This document shows positions 9,648 to 18,586 of a stretch of DNA of 64,000 bases, piece after piece. Every line of letters starts with the position of its first letter. Positions within the stretch are counted from its first letter, which is position 1. The notes beneath the pieces were generated by a model, which saw nothing but the letters and a program-made list of their open reading frames with translations, did not search any database and was not told where the DNA came from. The translations under genes and the position numbers were made by a program. The stretch is from a virus (Duplodnaviria > Heunggongvirae > Uroviricota > Caudoviricetes), in the IMG/VR virus record IMGVR_UViG_3300006167_000001. The stretch is one strand, 5' to 3'.

Positions 9648-9998
9648 CATTTCGAGAAGCCGGCTGTTTCGCTGTCGATGTATGGTCGGCGTTACATTTG
9701 CAACCATCCGGTGTATGACAGTTGCACCTTGTTCGAGATTGATGAAAAGGGTTTAGCTGTGATACAGCAGAGATTTGATCCTAAGACAAAGAGTACATCC
9801 TGGACAGAGGTAGACGCCTATTTGACCGACGTTTTATATTTGCACCCCAAGTTCAAGGAGTTCTTTGACAGTCGGGCCAGAACTTGTACGGACGGCCTCT
9901 ACCCCACTGTAACAATTCGGCAAATCATGTGGGCTTTGAAAATGAAACCTCTGCCGAAGCAGACATGGGAGACTGTGTTCGATCGAAGAGAGATTTAG
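9648..9998 (+). CDS. hypothetical protein
   Basis: 117-aa ORF after a motif/RBS. Confidence 0.5.
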   Translation, partial: HFEKPAVSLSMYGRRYICNHPVYDSCTLFEIDEKGLAVIQQRFDPKTKSTSWTEVDAYLTDVLYLHPKFKEFFDSRARTCTDGLYPTVTIRQIMWALKMKPLPKQTWETVFDRREI

Positions 9999-10055
9999 CG
10001 CTAATTCCACAGCTCCTATTATGGATGCCAATACCTACGAAAGGGGTTAAGGAGT

Positions 10056-10271
10056 ATGGATGAGATGAAACTTGAATCGAAATGGATAAGAGGAATTGTG
10101 TCAAAACTTATCAAAAAAATCCTGCGTGATAAATCAGGCTGCAACGTAGATGTTCAGCTTAATAATTTCCGCACGACTGTTATTGATGAGAAGACGCACG
10201 TTCATCTGGATATTGAACTGGATCTCAGCAAAGATGAAATTGACAAACTGTTAAAGGGCATTGGTCTTTAA
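10056..10271 (+). CDS. hypothetical protein
   Basis: 71 aa. RBS AAGGAG. Confidence 0.45.
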   Translation: MDEMKLESKWIRGIVSKLIKKILRDKSGCNVDVQLNNFRTTVIDEKTHVHLDIELDLSKDEIDKLLKGIGL

Positions 10272-10339
10272 AGGCAGAGCCGCGTAACAGCGGCTTTTGT
10301 CTTTGTTCCGCAGATTTTACAAATCGTATTATGGAGAGG

Positions 10340-10411
10340 AGACAGTTAGCTCAGTTGGTAGAGCGCAACCTGAAATGGTTGAGGTCATCGGTTCGAGTCC
10401 GATACAGCCTC
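10340..10411 (+). tRNA. tRNA-Phe(GAA)-like element with aberrant anticodon loop (possible pseudo-tRNA)
   Basis: Canonical D arm TA-GCTC-AGTTGGTA-GAGC and T arm ATCGG-TTCGAGT-CCGAT. Anticodon stem CAACC/GGTTG encloses only 6 nt (TGAAAT; GAA at 10372-10374). Acceptor stem has 2 mismatches (A3-C70, A5-A68). Directly preceded by the conserved early motif. Confidence 0.5.
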
Positions 10412-10445
10412 TCTAATTTTTTCGTCGAGGAAAGGAGAAACAGGA

Positions 10446-10631
10446 ATGAGAAAAGAAATGAAGCCGATTCTCATCGGCGCATTGACCGCAGGCGTCATCA
10501 TTGCGGTTGGTGTTGGGTTTCATGCATGGACCATCAAAACTATCCCTTATTCCTATCGTCAGAATCTCTTAGATGCCGTTGACTATCTCGCCGGCAAAAA
10601 TGTTTTCAACAGAGTCGATTCATTACAGTAA
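10446..10631 (+). CDS. small membrane protein
   Basis: 61 aa. TM ILIGALTAGVIIAVGVGF. Confidence 0.4.
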   Translation: MRKEMKPILIGALTAGVIIAVGVGFHAWTIKTIPYSYRQNLLDAVDYLAGKNVFNRVDSLQ

Positions 10632-10654
10632 AACAATGAAAGGAGAAAATCAAA

Positions 10655-11113
10655 ATGGAAATTAAAATCGTAGGAGAAGTCAAGTTCAGAAATCGGGCCG
10701 TCAAGGTCTATGGGGATTTGGATGCGCCCCTCTTCAAGGCTGCGGACGTCGCCGATCTGGTGGAGTACGGCGAGGGTAACGTCTGGAACCTTGTTCGTCT
10801 CTGCGAGGAGGACGAGCATATGCTCCTTCCGCTCGTAGTCGCTGGGCAGAAGCGGCAGGTAACCTTCATCACCGAGACCGGCCTCTACAACGTCCTATCC
10901 CAGAGCAGAAAACCTCTCGCCAGAGCATGGCGGCGTGTCGTTCACGAGGAGCTGATTGCGCTCCGGCGGTCCCAGGGTAAGAACGTTGCCGAGAAGTTCG
11001 ACGAGTGGGATCACCTGGCCGACAACATCTACTTCGATGAGGAGCGGGGCTGTCTGATGCGCTCTGTCACCGTTCAGGGCGGCGACGTTGAGCAGGTTCC
11101 GTATGAGCCCTAA
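10655..11113 (+). CDS. Bro-N domain antirepressor-like protein
   Basis: FRNRAVKVYGDLDAPLFKAADVADLVEY...GLYNVLSQSRKPLARAWRRVVHEELIALRR matches the BRO N-terminal/KilA-N architecture. Confidence 0.75.
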   Translation: MEIKIVGEVKFRNRAVKVYGDLDAPLFKAADVADLVEYGEGNVWNLVRLCEEDEHMLLPLVVAGQKRQVTFITETGLYNVLSQSRKPLARAWRRVVHEELIALRRSQGKNVAEKFDEWDHLADNIYFDEERGCLMRSVTVQGGDVEQVPYEP

Positions 11114-11141
11114 CTGATATTCTGCTGAAAGGAGAAAAATC

Positions 11142-11615
11142 ATGGGAAAGTTCATTAAAACTGCGCTGGTATTCATAGGAGGTATGACTGCCGGTGGCTA
11201 TTGTGTCGTAAATGCAGCTCTTAAGTTTTCAACGTTTACTACTGCGCTCAAAGAGGCCATCACAAAGAAGACCGTTGAGGTAGTGTATGGTGAGGAAACC
11301 AAAAAATTCAGTCAAGGGGCCGCGTATCATAGCGCCTATCACAGCGGCCACAAATTTCCGAATTGCTGCTTAACTTATTGCGACGATATCGTCTTTCAGA
11401 CTCGTGAAGATGCTGAAAACGCTCTTGCTACGATGCATGACATCATCAAGCAGTATGGTATTGTCAGTTTGGCGGATGTCTATGACATTATCGGGAAAAT
11501 TTCTCCGTCTTATGCCGCAAATAGGTATGGCTGGAGATCGCTTGATAAAGCGAAAGTGGTTCGATGCCGAGACGGATACTTCATTGAAATCCCGAAAGCA
11601 GTGGAAATCAAATAA
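11142..11615 (+). CDS. membrane protein with conserved C-terminal domain (paralog of 14762..15379)
   Basis: N-terminal TM. C-terminal FQTREDAENAL...QYGIVSLADVYD...ANRYGWRSLDKAKVVRCRDGYFIEIP is shared with 14762. Confidence 0.5.
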   Translation: MGKFIKTALVFIGGMTAGGYCVVNAALKFSTFTTALKEAITKKTVEVVYGEETKKFSQGAAYHSAYHSGHKFPNCCLTYCDDIVFQTREDAENALATMHDIIKQYGIVSLADVYDIIGKISPSYAANRYGWRSLDKAKVVRCRDGYFIEIPKAVEIK

Positions 11616-11617
11616 CC

Positions 11618-11980
11618 ATGAAACCCGAAATTGGTTATGACCATATTGTGATAGGTTCTTACATTGATGATCTTCTCAAGGATGTTGAGTGGAACTTAAA
11701 ACGTACTGCACTGCGAGATCCATACTTCAAGCAATTAAGCGTTGAGAAATTTGCGCTTGAAACATTACTCCAGGAAATCTTCGAGTATAACGGCATTGTT
11801 ACGCCGATAGAGGTACTTGAACGTTTTGCCCAGGAAACCGAACGATGCATTGTTGACAGCCATGACCCGAACAGCAGCTATACTTTTGAAGTGTCGAGAG
11901 ACACAGCGATATCCATTTTAGACGGACTCTATTTCGGATATTTGGAAGGAGAAAAATGCGGTGGATTTGAAAAACCATAG
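11618..11980 (+). CDS. hypothetical protein
   Basis: 120 aa. ATG overlaps the previous stop. Confidence 0.5.
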   Translation: MKPEIGYDHIVIGSYIDDLLKDVEWNLKRTALRDPYFKQLSVEKFALETLLQEIFEYNGIVTPIEVLERFAQETERCIVDSHDPNSSYTFEVSRDTAISILDGLYFGYLEGEKCGGFEKP

Positions 11981-12136
11981 AAACCTCTGGAACGATGTCC
12001 TTTATGGAACTCCGACAGCATCCTTAGCGGCTGCGAGCAAGCTTTATGATCTCGGTGAAATGAGCAAAAAGACATTCCAAGTCCTTGTCCTCGCAGCGGC
12101 CATCGAATCTACAGATACAAAAGGAGGTAAACGGAA

Positions 12137-12961
12137 ATGAAGCCTAAGCAAGGTCTGGTAAAGCAGACCGGAAAAGCCTTAAAAAAGGCGTCGCCGACAA
12201 TCTTGAGTATTCTCGGAGTTGTCGGCGTGGTTACAACGGCGGTTTTGGCCGTCAAAGCTACACCCAAAGCCCTTGAACGCATTGCAGACGCTAAAGAGGC
12301 TAAAAACCTCGAAAACGGCAAAGATTTGACCCGAATGGAGACGGTAGCAGCTTGCTGGCAATGCTATGTCCCTGCTGCCGCCACTGGAATCGCCACAATC
12401 GTGTGCATTATGGGCGCAAATGTCCTAAATCGGCGTCAACAGGCCTCTCTCACAAGTGCCTATACTCTACTTAACCGAACGTACCAGGACTATACAAAAT
12501 CGGTCAAGAACGTCTTCGGCGAAGAAGGTCATAAGCGCGTCTTGGAGGATATGGCCATTGAGCGGGTTCCTGAGAATCACACAATCTATACCGAAGGCAT
12601 GTTTGAATCTACTACCTTGGATTTTTGCATCCCCGAGGAGGAGCATCTGTTTTACGATGTTTACTCCAACCGGCAATTTGCTTCTACCATCGGAAAGGTG
12701 CTTCAGGCCGAATATCATCTGAACAGGATGTTCGCTCTGAATGGGAATGCCTCGCTCAATGACTTCTATAAGTATCTTGGACTCGATCCTGTTCCTGAAG
12801 GAGACGACATTGGATGGTGGGTCGATTTCGATAATGAGGCATATTGGGTCGAGTTCAATCATGCTGTCTCTTACATTGATGACGGGCCTGAACATCCGCA
12901 AGTCGAGTGCCTCATTATTGAGTTCCCGCAGCCGCCTGGTCTTCCGCCTCCCGAGGAGTAA
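12137..12961 (+). CDS. membrane protein, paralog family member 1 (VKATPKAL...CYVPAAxTG)
   Basis: 274 aa. Shares an N-terminal ~110-aa module with 13550 and 16028. Confidence 0.6.
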   Translation: MKPKQGLVKQTGKALKKASPTILSILGVVGVVTTAVLAVKATPKALERIADAKEAKNLENGKDLTRMETVAACWQCYVPAAATGIATIVCIMGANVLNRRQQASLTSAYTLLNRTYQDYTKSVKNVFGEEGHKRVLEDMAIERVPENHTIYTEGMFESTTLDFCIPEEEHLFYDVYSNRQFASTIGKVLQAEYHLNRMFALNGNASLNDFYKYLGLDPVPEGDDIGWWVDFDNEAYWVEFNHAVSYIDDGPEHPQVECLIIEFPQPPGLPPPEE

Positions 12962-13007
12962 TCCGCAGAAACAACACACTCTATTGTGGAAAGGAGGGTG
13001 AGGCTTC

Positions 13008-13178
13008 ATGGATAAGAAAGCTATCTTTAGAGTAATGTCCATGATCGGCATGGTCCTTGGGGCGGTGGGAACGCTGCTGTCCAACTGGGCCGACGATCGG
13101 GAACTTGACATGACGATTGACGAAAAGATCGATGAAAAACTTGCCGCCCGTGAAAGCGAAGAAGGTGAGGAGCCCTGA
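13008..13178 (+). CDS. small membrane protein ending in hairpin-encoded EEGEEP*
   Basis: RBS GAAAGGAGGG. TGA lies in the hairpin loop gaggagccc-TGAca-gggactcttc. Confidence 0.4.
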   Translation: MDKKAIFRVMSMIGMVLGAVGTLLSNWADDRELDMTIDEKIDEKLAARESEEGEEP

Positions 13179-13215
13179 CAGGGACTCTTCCCTTTTGGAC
13201 GTTGAAGAGTTGCAT

Positions 13216-13518
13216 ATGAACGAACGGGCAATTATGGCTCTGATGCGGATGCTGGGCATGTATGAAGATGCTCCACGTTCAGACTGGCCTCAGCATGAAC
13301 TTGAAGAAATCGCGTTCTCAAGATGCGCGATTGAAGAGGTTCTGCAACTGGTTTGGGATCATCCGTGGACCTTGGCATCCGACACCATCGAAGACTTCGC
13401 GCTAAAGATGGAGCTCTACAAGGATTCGTCTGTTACGGACGACCAAAAGCGGATATTTTCAGTTTTGGCGGAAACTGCCTGGGGAGTTCTGCAAGAGATT
13501 GAACCGCTTGAAAAGTGA
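13216..13518 (+). CDS. hypothetical protein
   Basis: ~100 aa from the first ATG after the hairpin. Confidence 0.4.
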   Translation: MNERAIMALMRMLGMYEDAPRSDWPQHELEEIAFSRCAIEEVLQLVWDHPWTLASDTIEDFALKMELYKDSSVTDDQKRIFSVLAETAWGVLQEIEPLEK

Positions 13519-13549
13519 CCTGTAAAATACATTTGAAAGGAGAAGCATC

Positions 13550-14314
13550 GTGAACAAGCAAACCTTCGTGAAGGCTCTCAAAGATGTTCCGAAAATCCTG
13601 AAGAAGCACAGTCCTGAGCTTCTGACAGGCATCGGTATTGCGGGGATGATCTTCACGACCATCACAGCCGTCAAAGCAACACCCAAGGCCCTCCAGCTCG
13701 TGGATGAGCGAGAAATCAAGGAGGGAAAACGCCTGACCAACTCGGAGATCATCAAGACTACCTGGAAGTGCTATGTCCCCGCAGCCGTGACCGGTGTGTG
13801 CTCTATTGGTTGCCTGATTGGCGCCAGTTCAGTCAATGCCCGGCGAAATGCGGCACTCGCCACCGCCTACACCATCTCTGAAACTGCCCTCAAAGAGTAT
13901 AAGGAGAAGACTGTTGAGGTCGTTGGCGAAAAGAAGGAACAGGCGATTCGCGATGCAGTTGCCAGGGACAAGCTGGAGAAGGCCCAGGTGACCAGTCGTG
14001 AGTTCATCATCACCGGCAAAGGGGAAACTCCCTGTTTTGACCCGCTCACCAATTCCTGCTTCAAGGCGGACATTGAGATCCTGCGGAAGGCGGAAAACAT
14101 CCTGAATAAACGGATGCGGGACGAGATGGTGATAACTGTCAACGATTTCTTACAAGAAATCGGCCTCGACCCGTGTGACGATGCCATCGGCGAAAACATG
14201 GGCTGGGATATTGATAAGGGGTACATCGACTTGGATTTCAGCTCGCAGCTGGTCGAGGGCATTCCTTATCTTGTCATCGGACATCACAATCCGCCCCGCT
14301 ACATCGGACGGTAG
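13550..14314 (+). CDS. membrane protein, paralog family member 2
   Basis: GTG start after GAAAGGAG. N-terminal module VKATPKALQ...WKCYVPAAVTG. Confidence 0.6.
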   Translation: MNKQTFVKALKDVPKILKKHSPELLTGIGIAGMIFTTITAVKATPKALQLVDEREIKEGKRLTNSEIIKTTWKCYVPAAVTGVCSIGCLIGASSVNARRNAALATAYTISETALKEYKEKTVEVVGEKKEQAIRDAVARDKLEKAQVTSREFIITGKGETPCFDPLTNSCFKADIEILRKAENILNKRMRDEMVITVNDFLQEIGLDPCDDAIGENMGWDIDKGYIDLDFSSQLVEGIPYLVIGHHNPPRYIGR

Positions 14315-14385
14315 CGTCCGCAAAAAATGCAAATCGTATTATGGAGAGATCCACACTAAAATCTTTAATAAAGGAGTAATTCAAA

Positions 14386-14682
14386 ATGGAAGAGAACACT
14401 GTGAGAACCAACGAGATCGAGGAGTATGGGCAGCCTGAGATCGAGGTTGAGGAGGCTCCGGAGGAGAGCTCCGGCAGCGGCGCGTTTGTTGCGGGTATCG
14501 TCGGTGGTTTCTTGGCCTATGCCGCAATCGGCGGGGTTAAGAAGCTGGTGGCGTTTGCCCAGACGAAGTGGGCCGATCGGAAGCAGAAGGAGCAGACCAA
14601 GACCGTGATCGAGGCGGACTACACGGAAGTCCCGGACGAGCAGCAGGAAGATTCCGATGAGGACGCTTCTGAGGAAAAGTAA
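14386..14682 (+). CDS. acidic protein with central TM segment
   Basis: 98 aa. E/D-rich termini. FVAGIVGGFLAYAAIGGV. Confidence 0.5.
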   Translation: MEENTVRTNEIEEYGQPEIEVEEAPEESSGSGAFVAGIVGGFLAYAAIGGVKKLVAFAQTKWADRKQKEQTKTVIEADYTEVPDEQQEDSDEDASEEK

Positions 14683-14761
14683 ACAGCGAGGATCGCCGGC
14701 GGGGAGAGTACCTACAACAGGTGCTTTCCCCTTTTTCAATAAGTAACAAGGAGGAACGACC

Positions 14762-15379
14762 ATGGCAGAAACCCCCTATCCCAACAACTCCCACACTGCA
14801 AGGGAGCGCAAACCGGAAGGTTCCAGTCCTCCGGATAAAAAGCTGGAGAAGGTGGTGAGCGGAGAGACCAAGACTCGCAAAAAGAGTGAGGTCAAGAAGC
14901 TCGCCAATATCTTCGTTCCGGAGGACGTTGAAAACGTCAAGAGCTATATCCTGGTCGATGTAATTGTGCCGGGTATCAAGAATGCGATCGCTGATGCGGT
15001 CAGCATTATGCTTTTCGGTGAAGCGGGCCGTCTGGGTGGACGGAGCGGCAAAGGCTCCCGGGCTTCGTATCAGAGATACTACGACGACCGGCGTGATGAT
15101 CGCCGTGAGTACGGACGGCCGAGAGCTGCCGCTGGCTTCGAGTACGATGATATTCTCTTCGAGACTCGTGGTGATGCCGACTTGGTTTTGGATCAGCTGG
15201 AAGCGGCTATTAACCAGTATCAAATCGTAAGCGTTGCTGACCTTTACGATTTGGCCGGCATCACCTGCCGCAGCTATACGGCAAACAAGTACGGCTGGAC
15301 TGATCTTCAGTCCGCCAAGGTAGTCCGGACTCGGGACGGGTATATTTTGCAGCTCCCGAGAACGGTTCAGATCAACTAA
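14762..15379 (+). CDS. protein with conserved C-terminal domain (paralog of 11142..11615)
   Basis: C-terminal FETRGDADLVL...QYQIVSVADLYD...ANKYGWTDLQSAKVVRTRDGYILQLP. Confidence 0.55.
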   Translation: MAETPYPNNSHTARERKPEGSSPPDKKLEKVVSGETKTRKKSEVKKLANIFVPEDVENVKSYILVDVIVPGIKNAIADAVSIMLFGEAGRLGGRSGKGSRASYQRYYDDRRDDRREYGRPRAAAGFEYDDILFETRGDADLVLDQLEAAINQYQIVSVADLYDLAGITCRSYTANKYGWTDLQSAKVVRTRDGYILQLPRTVQIN

Positions 15380-15499
15380 AGGAGGGCTCGACTATGTACG
15401 GGTATCCTGTTTCGTCCGGCTACAGGGGCTGGGTCAACGGCGAATGGATGCTGTTCCCGACTGAAGCCGAGTACCACGAGTATATGGAGGAGGCGCTTC

Positions 15500-16025
15500 A
15501 TGAAACTTAACTCCGATACGCTGCTCAGCTTCGGCGTATTCGGTCTCGGCTTGGTTGCCATTGGGTATGCGGTTGGTATCCATTCCCGCATGAAAGCTGT
15601 GGCTGACAAACTGGATACCAGCATTGACAAAATTGCCAATGACACCGAGGTCGAGATTCCGTCTAAGCTCATTGAGCAGGCGGTCCAGAAAGCAGTCGAT
15701 CGTGAACCCTATACCGCTGTTCGGCGGGCTACGGACGTCGTGGTGAATGGTCTGAAGAAGGAAATCGGCGAACAGGTATCCACGGCTGTGAAAGCCAGCT
15801 ATGACAGCATCGCAGATGGCGTGACCAGTGAGATTGCGAAAAAATATTGCTAAAATTGACGAAGCTCGTCTCAAAAGAGAGGTCGTCACCAAAGCAAAGG
15901 AGCAGATTGCCGAGAAATTCGACGATAAGCTCGATGATATTTTGGAGGAATTCAATGGTAATCTCCAAAATGTCGGTAAGATCTACAAATCTATTGCCAA
16001 ATCATTCTCTAAGGAGGAAATTTAA
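15500..16025 (+). CDS. helical membrane-anchored protein, apparently split by a +1 frameshift at an A6 run (~15843-15848)
   Basis: 15500..15853 ends ...SEIAKKYC*. The overlapping 15828..16025 frame continues with the same amphipathic helical character. Confidence 0.35.
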
Positions 16026-16027
16026 CC

Positions 16028-16990
16028 ATGAAGAAAAACGAAATCATGAAGTCTGTGGGCCTGACCTTCAACAAGATCGGCTTCCAGATTCAGAAGAAGA
16101 GCCCCGAGCTCCTGGTCGCTGCCGGTATCGCCGGCGTCGTTGTCAGCGCGGTCATGGCCTGTAAGGCCACTATCAAGGCCAGCGAGGCCGCCGAGGAGAC
16201 CAAAGAGACCATTGACGAGATCCACGAGGCCGAGGCCAACGGCATCACCAAGGCCGGCAAGGACTACTCCGCCGAGGACACCAAGAAGGATCTTACCACC
16301 GCCTACATCCAGACCGGCGTAAAGTACGCCAAGCTTTACGCTCCCGCTGTCATTTTGGGCGCTGCTTCCATCACATGTATTGTTGCCAGCCACCGTGTTC
16401 TGAAGAAGCGCAATATCGCCCTTGCGGCGGCCTATACGACCTTGGATAAGTCTTTCAAGGACTACCGTAGCCGGGTCATGGAGCGCTTTGGTGAGCAGGT
16501 TGAGAAAGAGATCCGCTACAACATCAAAGCCAAGGAGATCAAGAAGACCGTTGTCGACGAGAACGGCAAGAAGGAGAAAGTCAAAGAGGTGGTCGACGTA
16601 CCTGCCGTTGAAGGATGGGACCCCTCTCAGTACAGCCCCTACGCCAGGCGCTTTGATGAGGCCCATCCGCAGTGGACGAAGAATCCCGAAATGAACCTCT
16701 ACTACCTGAAGGCTCGGCAGGCGCAGGCCACCGATGCGCTCAGAGCTCGTGGACACCTGTTCCTAAACGAGGTGTATGATATGCTGGGCTTCCCCCGCAC
16801 TAAGGCTGGAGCTGTTGTGGGATGGCTGTACGATCCCAAGCGCCCCGAACTGGGCGATCATTACGTGGATTTCGGTATCTGCGAGATTCAGGATGGCGAC
16901 GGCTTCAAGGAATACTTGAAGTCCTATATCCTCGACTTCAACGTTGTTGGCGACATTACGAATGACATCGCCGATCATCAGTATATTTGA
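16028..16990 (+). CDS. membrane protein, paralog family member 3
   Basis: 320 aa. N-terminal module KKSPELLVAAGIAGVVVSAVMACKATIKA...YAPAVILGAASITCIVAS. Confidence 0.6.
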   Translation: MKKNEIMKSVGLTFNKIGFQIQKKSPELLVAAGIAGVVVSAVMACKATIKASEAAEETKETIDEIHEAEANGITKAGKDYSAEDTKKDLTTAYIQTGVKYAKLYAPAVILGAASITCIVASHRVLKKRNIALAAAYTTLDKSFKDYRSRVMERFGEQVEKEIRYNIKAKEIKKTVVDENGKKEKVKEVVDVPAVEGWDPSQYSPYARRFDEAHPQWTKNPEMNLYYLKARQAQATDALRARGHLFLNEVYDMLGFPRTKAGAVVGWLYDPKRPELGDHYVDFGICEIQDGDGFKEYLKSYILDFNVVGDITNDIADHQYI

Positions 16991-17001
16991 GGCTCGGCTC
17001 G

Positions 17002-17646
17002 ATGAAAAAATTTGTACTATTCCTGCTGATAGCCGCGATGGTGATTGTTGGAGATTCCTATGCGGCCGGTCCAGTAATCACATCCACAAATGACGGAGCC
17101 GTTGTTCGGATGAAGACTGCGGCTCCTGTTTCGTCTTTTGTGAAATATACTCCCCAGCGAGAAAATCAAGACCCTTTTGAAACCGCGCCGCCTCCTGTCG
17201 AGAATAAACCGGAGGAAAAGCCGGTAGTCGAGCAAAGCCGCTATTGTGACAATATTCCACTTACCTACGAGGAACAGGATTGGCTTCGAGCTGTCTGCGA
17301 GGAGTTCAACGTTCCTTATGCCCTAGCGCTGGGTCTCATCGAGAAGGAGACCGAATTCCGAAATATTGTTGGTGATGACGGTGCCTCTACCGGCTATATG
17401 CAGATTCAGCAAAAGTGGCATTGGGATCGAATGGAACGCCTTGGCGTAACAGATTTGTTGGACCCGCAAGGCAACTTCAGAGTTGGATGCGATTTCTTGG
17501 ATGAACTCTATGGAAAGTCCAATGACTGGAGCGTTTCCCTGACCGTCTACAACATTGGCCACGATCCCGGCTTTGTTACTGATTACGCCGAAGATGTCAT
17601 GGAAAACTACGCTCGGTGGCAAGAGATTATCAACAATTATATTTAG
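17002..17646 (+). CDS. secreted lytic transglycosylase (SLT-domain) protein
   Basis: Signal peptide MKKFVLFLLIAAMVIV. SLT catalytic region LIEKETEFRNIVGDDGASTGYMQI. Confidence 0.7.
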   Translation: MKKFVLFLLIAAMVIVGDSYAAGPVITSTNDGAVVRMKTAAPVSSFVKYTPQRENQDPFETAPPPVENKPEEKPVVEQSRYCDNIPLTYEEQDWLRAVCEEFNVPYALALGLIEKETEFRNIVGDDGASTGYMQIQQKWHWDRMERLGVTDLLDPQGNFRVGCDFLDELYGKSNDWSVSLTVYNIGHDPGFVTDYAEDVMENYARWQEIINNYI

Positions 17647-17766
17647 AAAGGATGAAATCACCATGAAGAAGTGTTTCAATAGCCTGCTCTCTTATACTCT
17701 GTCCGTTGTCTCCGGACTGTTCCTCGTTAGCGGTATCGCCGTCTTGTCGGCCGGGAGGTAACGAGT

Positions 17767-17917
17767 ATGGAGGGATTTGCGAACCTTGTATCCATGATGG
17801 ACTATGTGGTTGACACAAAACGGAAGCGCCACATCACTGGCGGGCTCCTGATTAGCATGGCTATGCTTTTCGGGGGCCTCGCTATTACAGTGATGAGCGC
17901 CAAAGAGGGGGACTGAA
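17767..17917 (+). CDS. small two-TM membrane protein (holin-like candidate)
   Basis: ~50 aa, immediately downstream of the transglycosylase. Hydrophobic LLISMAMLFGGLAITV. Confidence 0.3.
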
Positions 17918-17919
17918 TT

Positions 17920-18567
17920 GTGGGTAAACTCAGTACCGTAATCGCATTCTTCACTGGAACCGCTATCGGCGGAGCAACCGTTTGGTACATAACCAGGGAG
18001 CGGTATGCCAGGTTGGCCGAAGACGAGATCAATTCTGTGAAGGAAGCTTACGCACATATGGACAAGAAAAAGGAAAAAGCCGAGGAAGCCTTGTGTCGGT
18101 ATCGGGGCGTAAATAATGAGTCGGACGATCCCGATACGGAAATTCCTAAGATACCTGCCGTCACTACAAAGATGGCCGAAAAAGGCAGCATTGCCGAGTA
18201 TGTCAAACGGGTTCAAAATGGAGCTCCTATGAAATACTCCAGAACTGTTGTTCCGTCTAAGGCCGATACACCGGAAGCGCCCGCTCAGTCCGAAGTTCCA
18301 TATGTCATTTCGCCCGATGAATTTAATGAACTGGATGACTATATGCCAGTCAGTTTGGTCTATTACGCCGATGGAATTTTGGCGGACGAACACGGACTCA
18401 TCATTGATGATGAGGAAGAAATCATCGGCGATGGACTCAGTCATTTCGGTGAGTATGAGGACGATTCTGTCTTTGTTCGGAACGATGTCAAACGATGTGA
18501 CTACGAAATCCTTCGAGATGAACGTACCTATGCCGAATTCCGAAAAACTCTTCCCGACAATATATAA
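17920..18567 (+). CDS. hypothetical membrane-anchored acidic protein
   Basis: GTG start. N-terminal TM VIAFFTGTAIGGATVWYI. Confidence 0.5.
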   Translation: MGKLSTVIAFFTGTAIGGATVWYITRERYARLAEDEINSVKEAYAHMDKKKEKAEEALCRYRGVNNESDDPDTEIPKIPAVTTKMAEKGSIAEYVKRVQNGAPMKYSRTVVPSKADTPEAPAQSEVPYVISPDEFNELDDYMPVSLVYYADGILADEHGLIIDDEEEIIGDGLSHFGEYEDDSVFVRNDVKRCDYEILRDERTYAEFRKTLPDNI

Positions 18568-18586
18568 AAAGAGGGAGGCTTAATCC

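Noticed and set aside
4286-14350. Integron-like attC interpretation of the stop-in-loop hairpins (loop GCCCTAAC resembles the inverse core RYYYAAC)
   Set aside because: No matching GTTRRRY core downstream. The integrase is an ordinary phage-type tyrosine recombinase far upstream on the opposite strand. The hairpins end in T-runs and behave like terminators.
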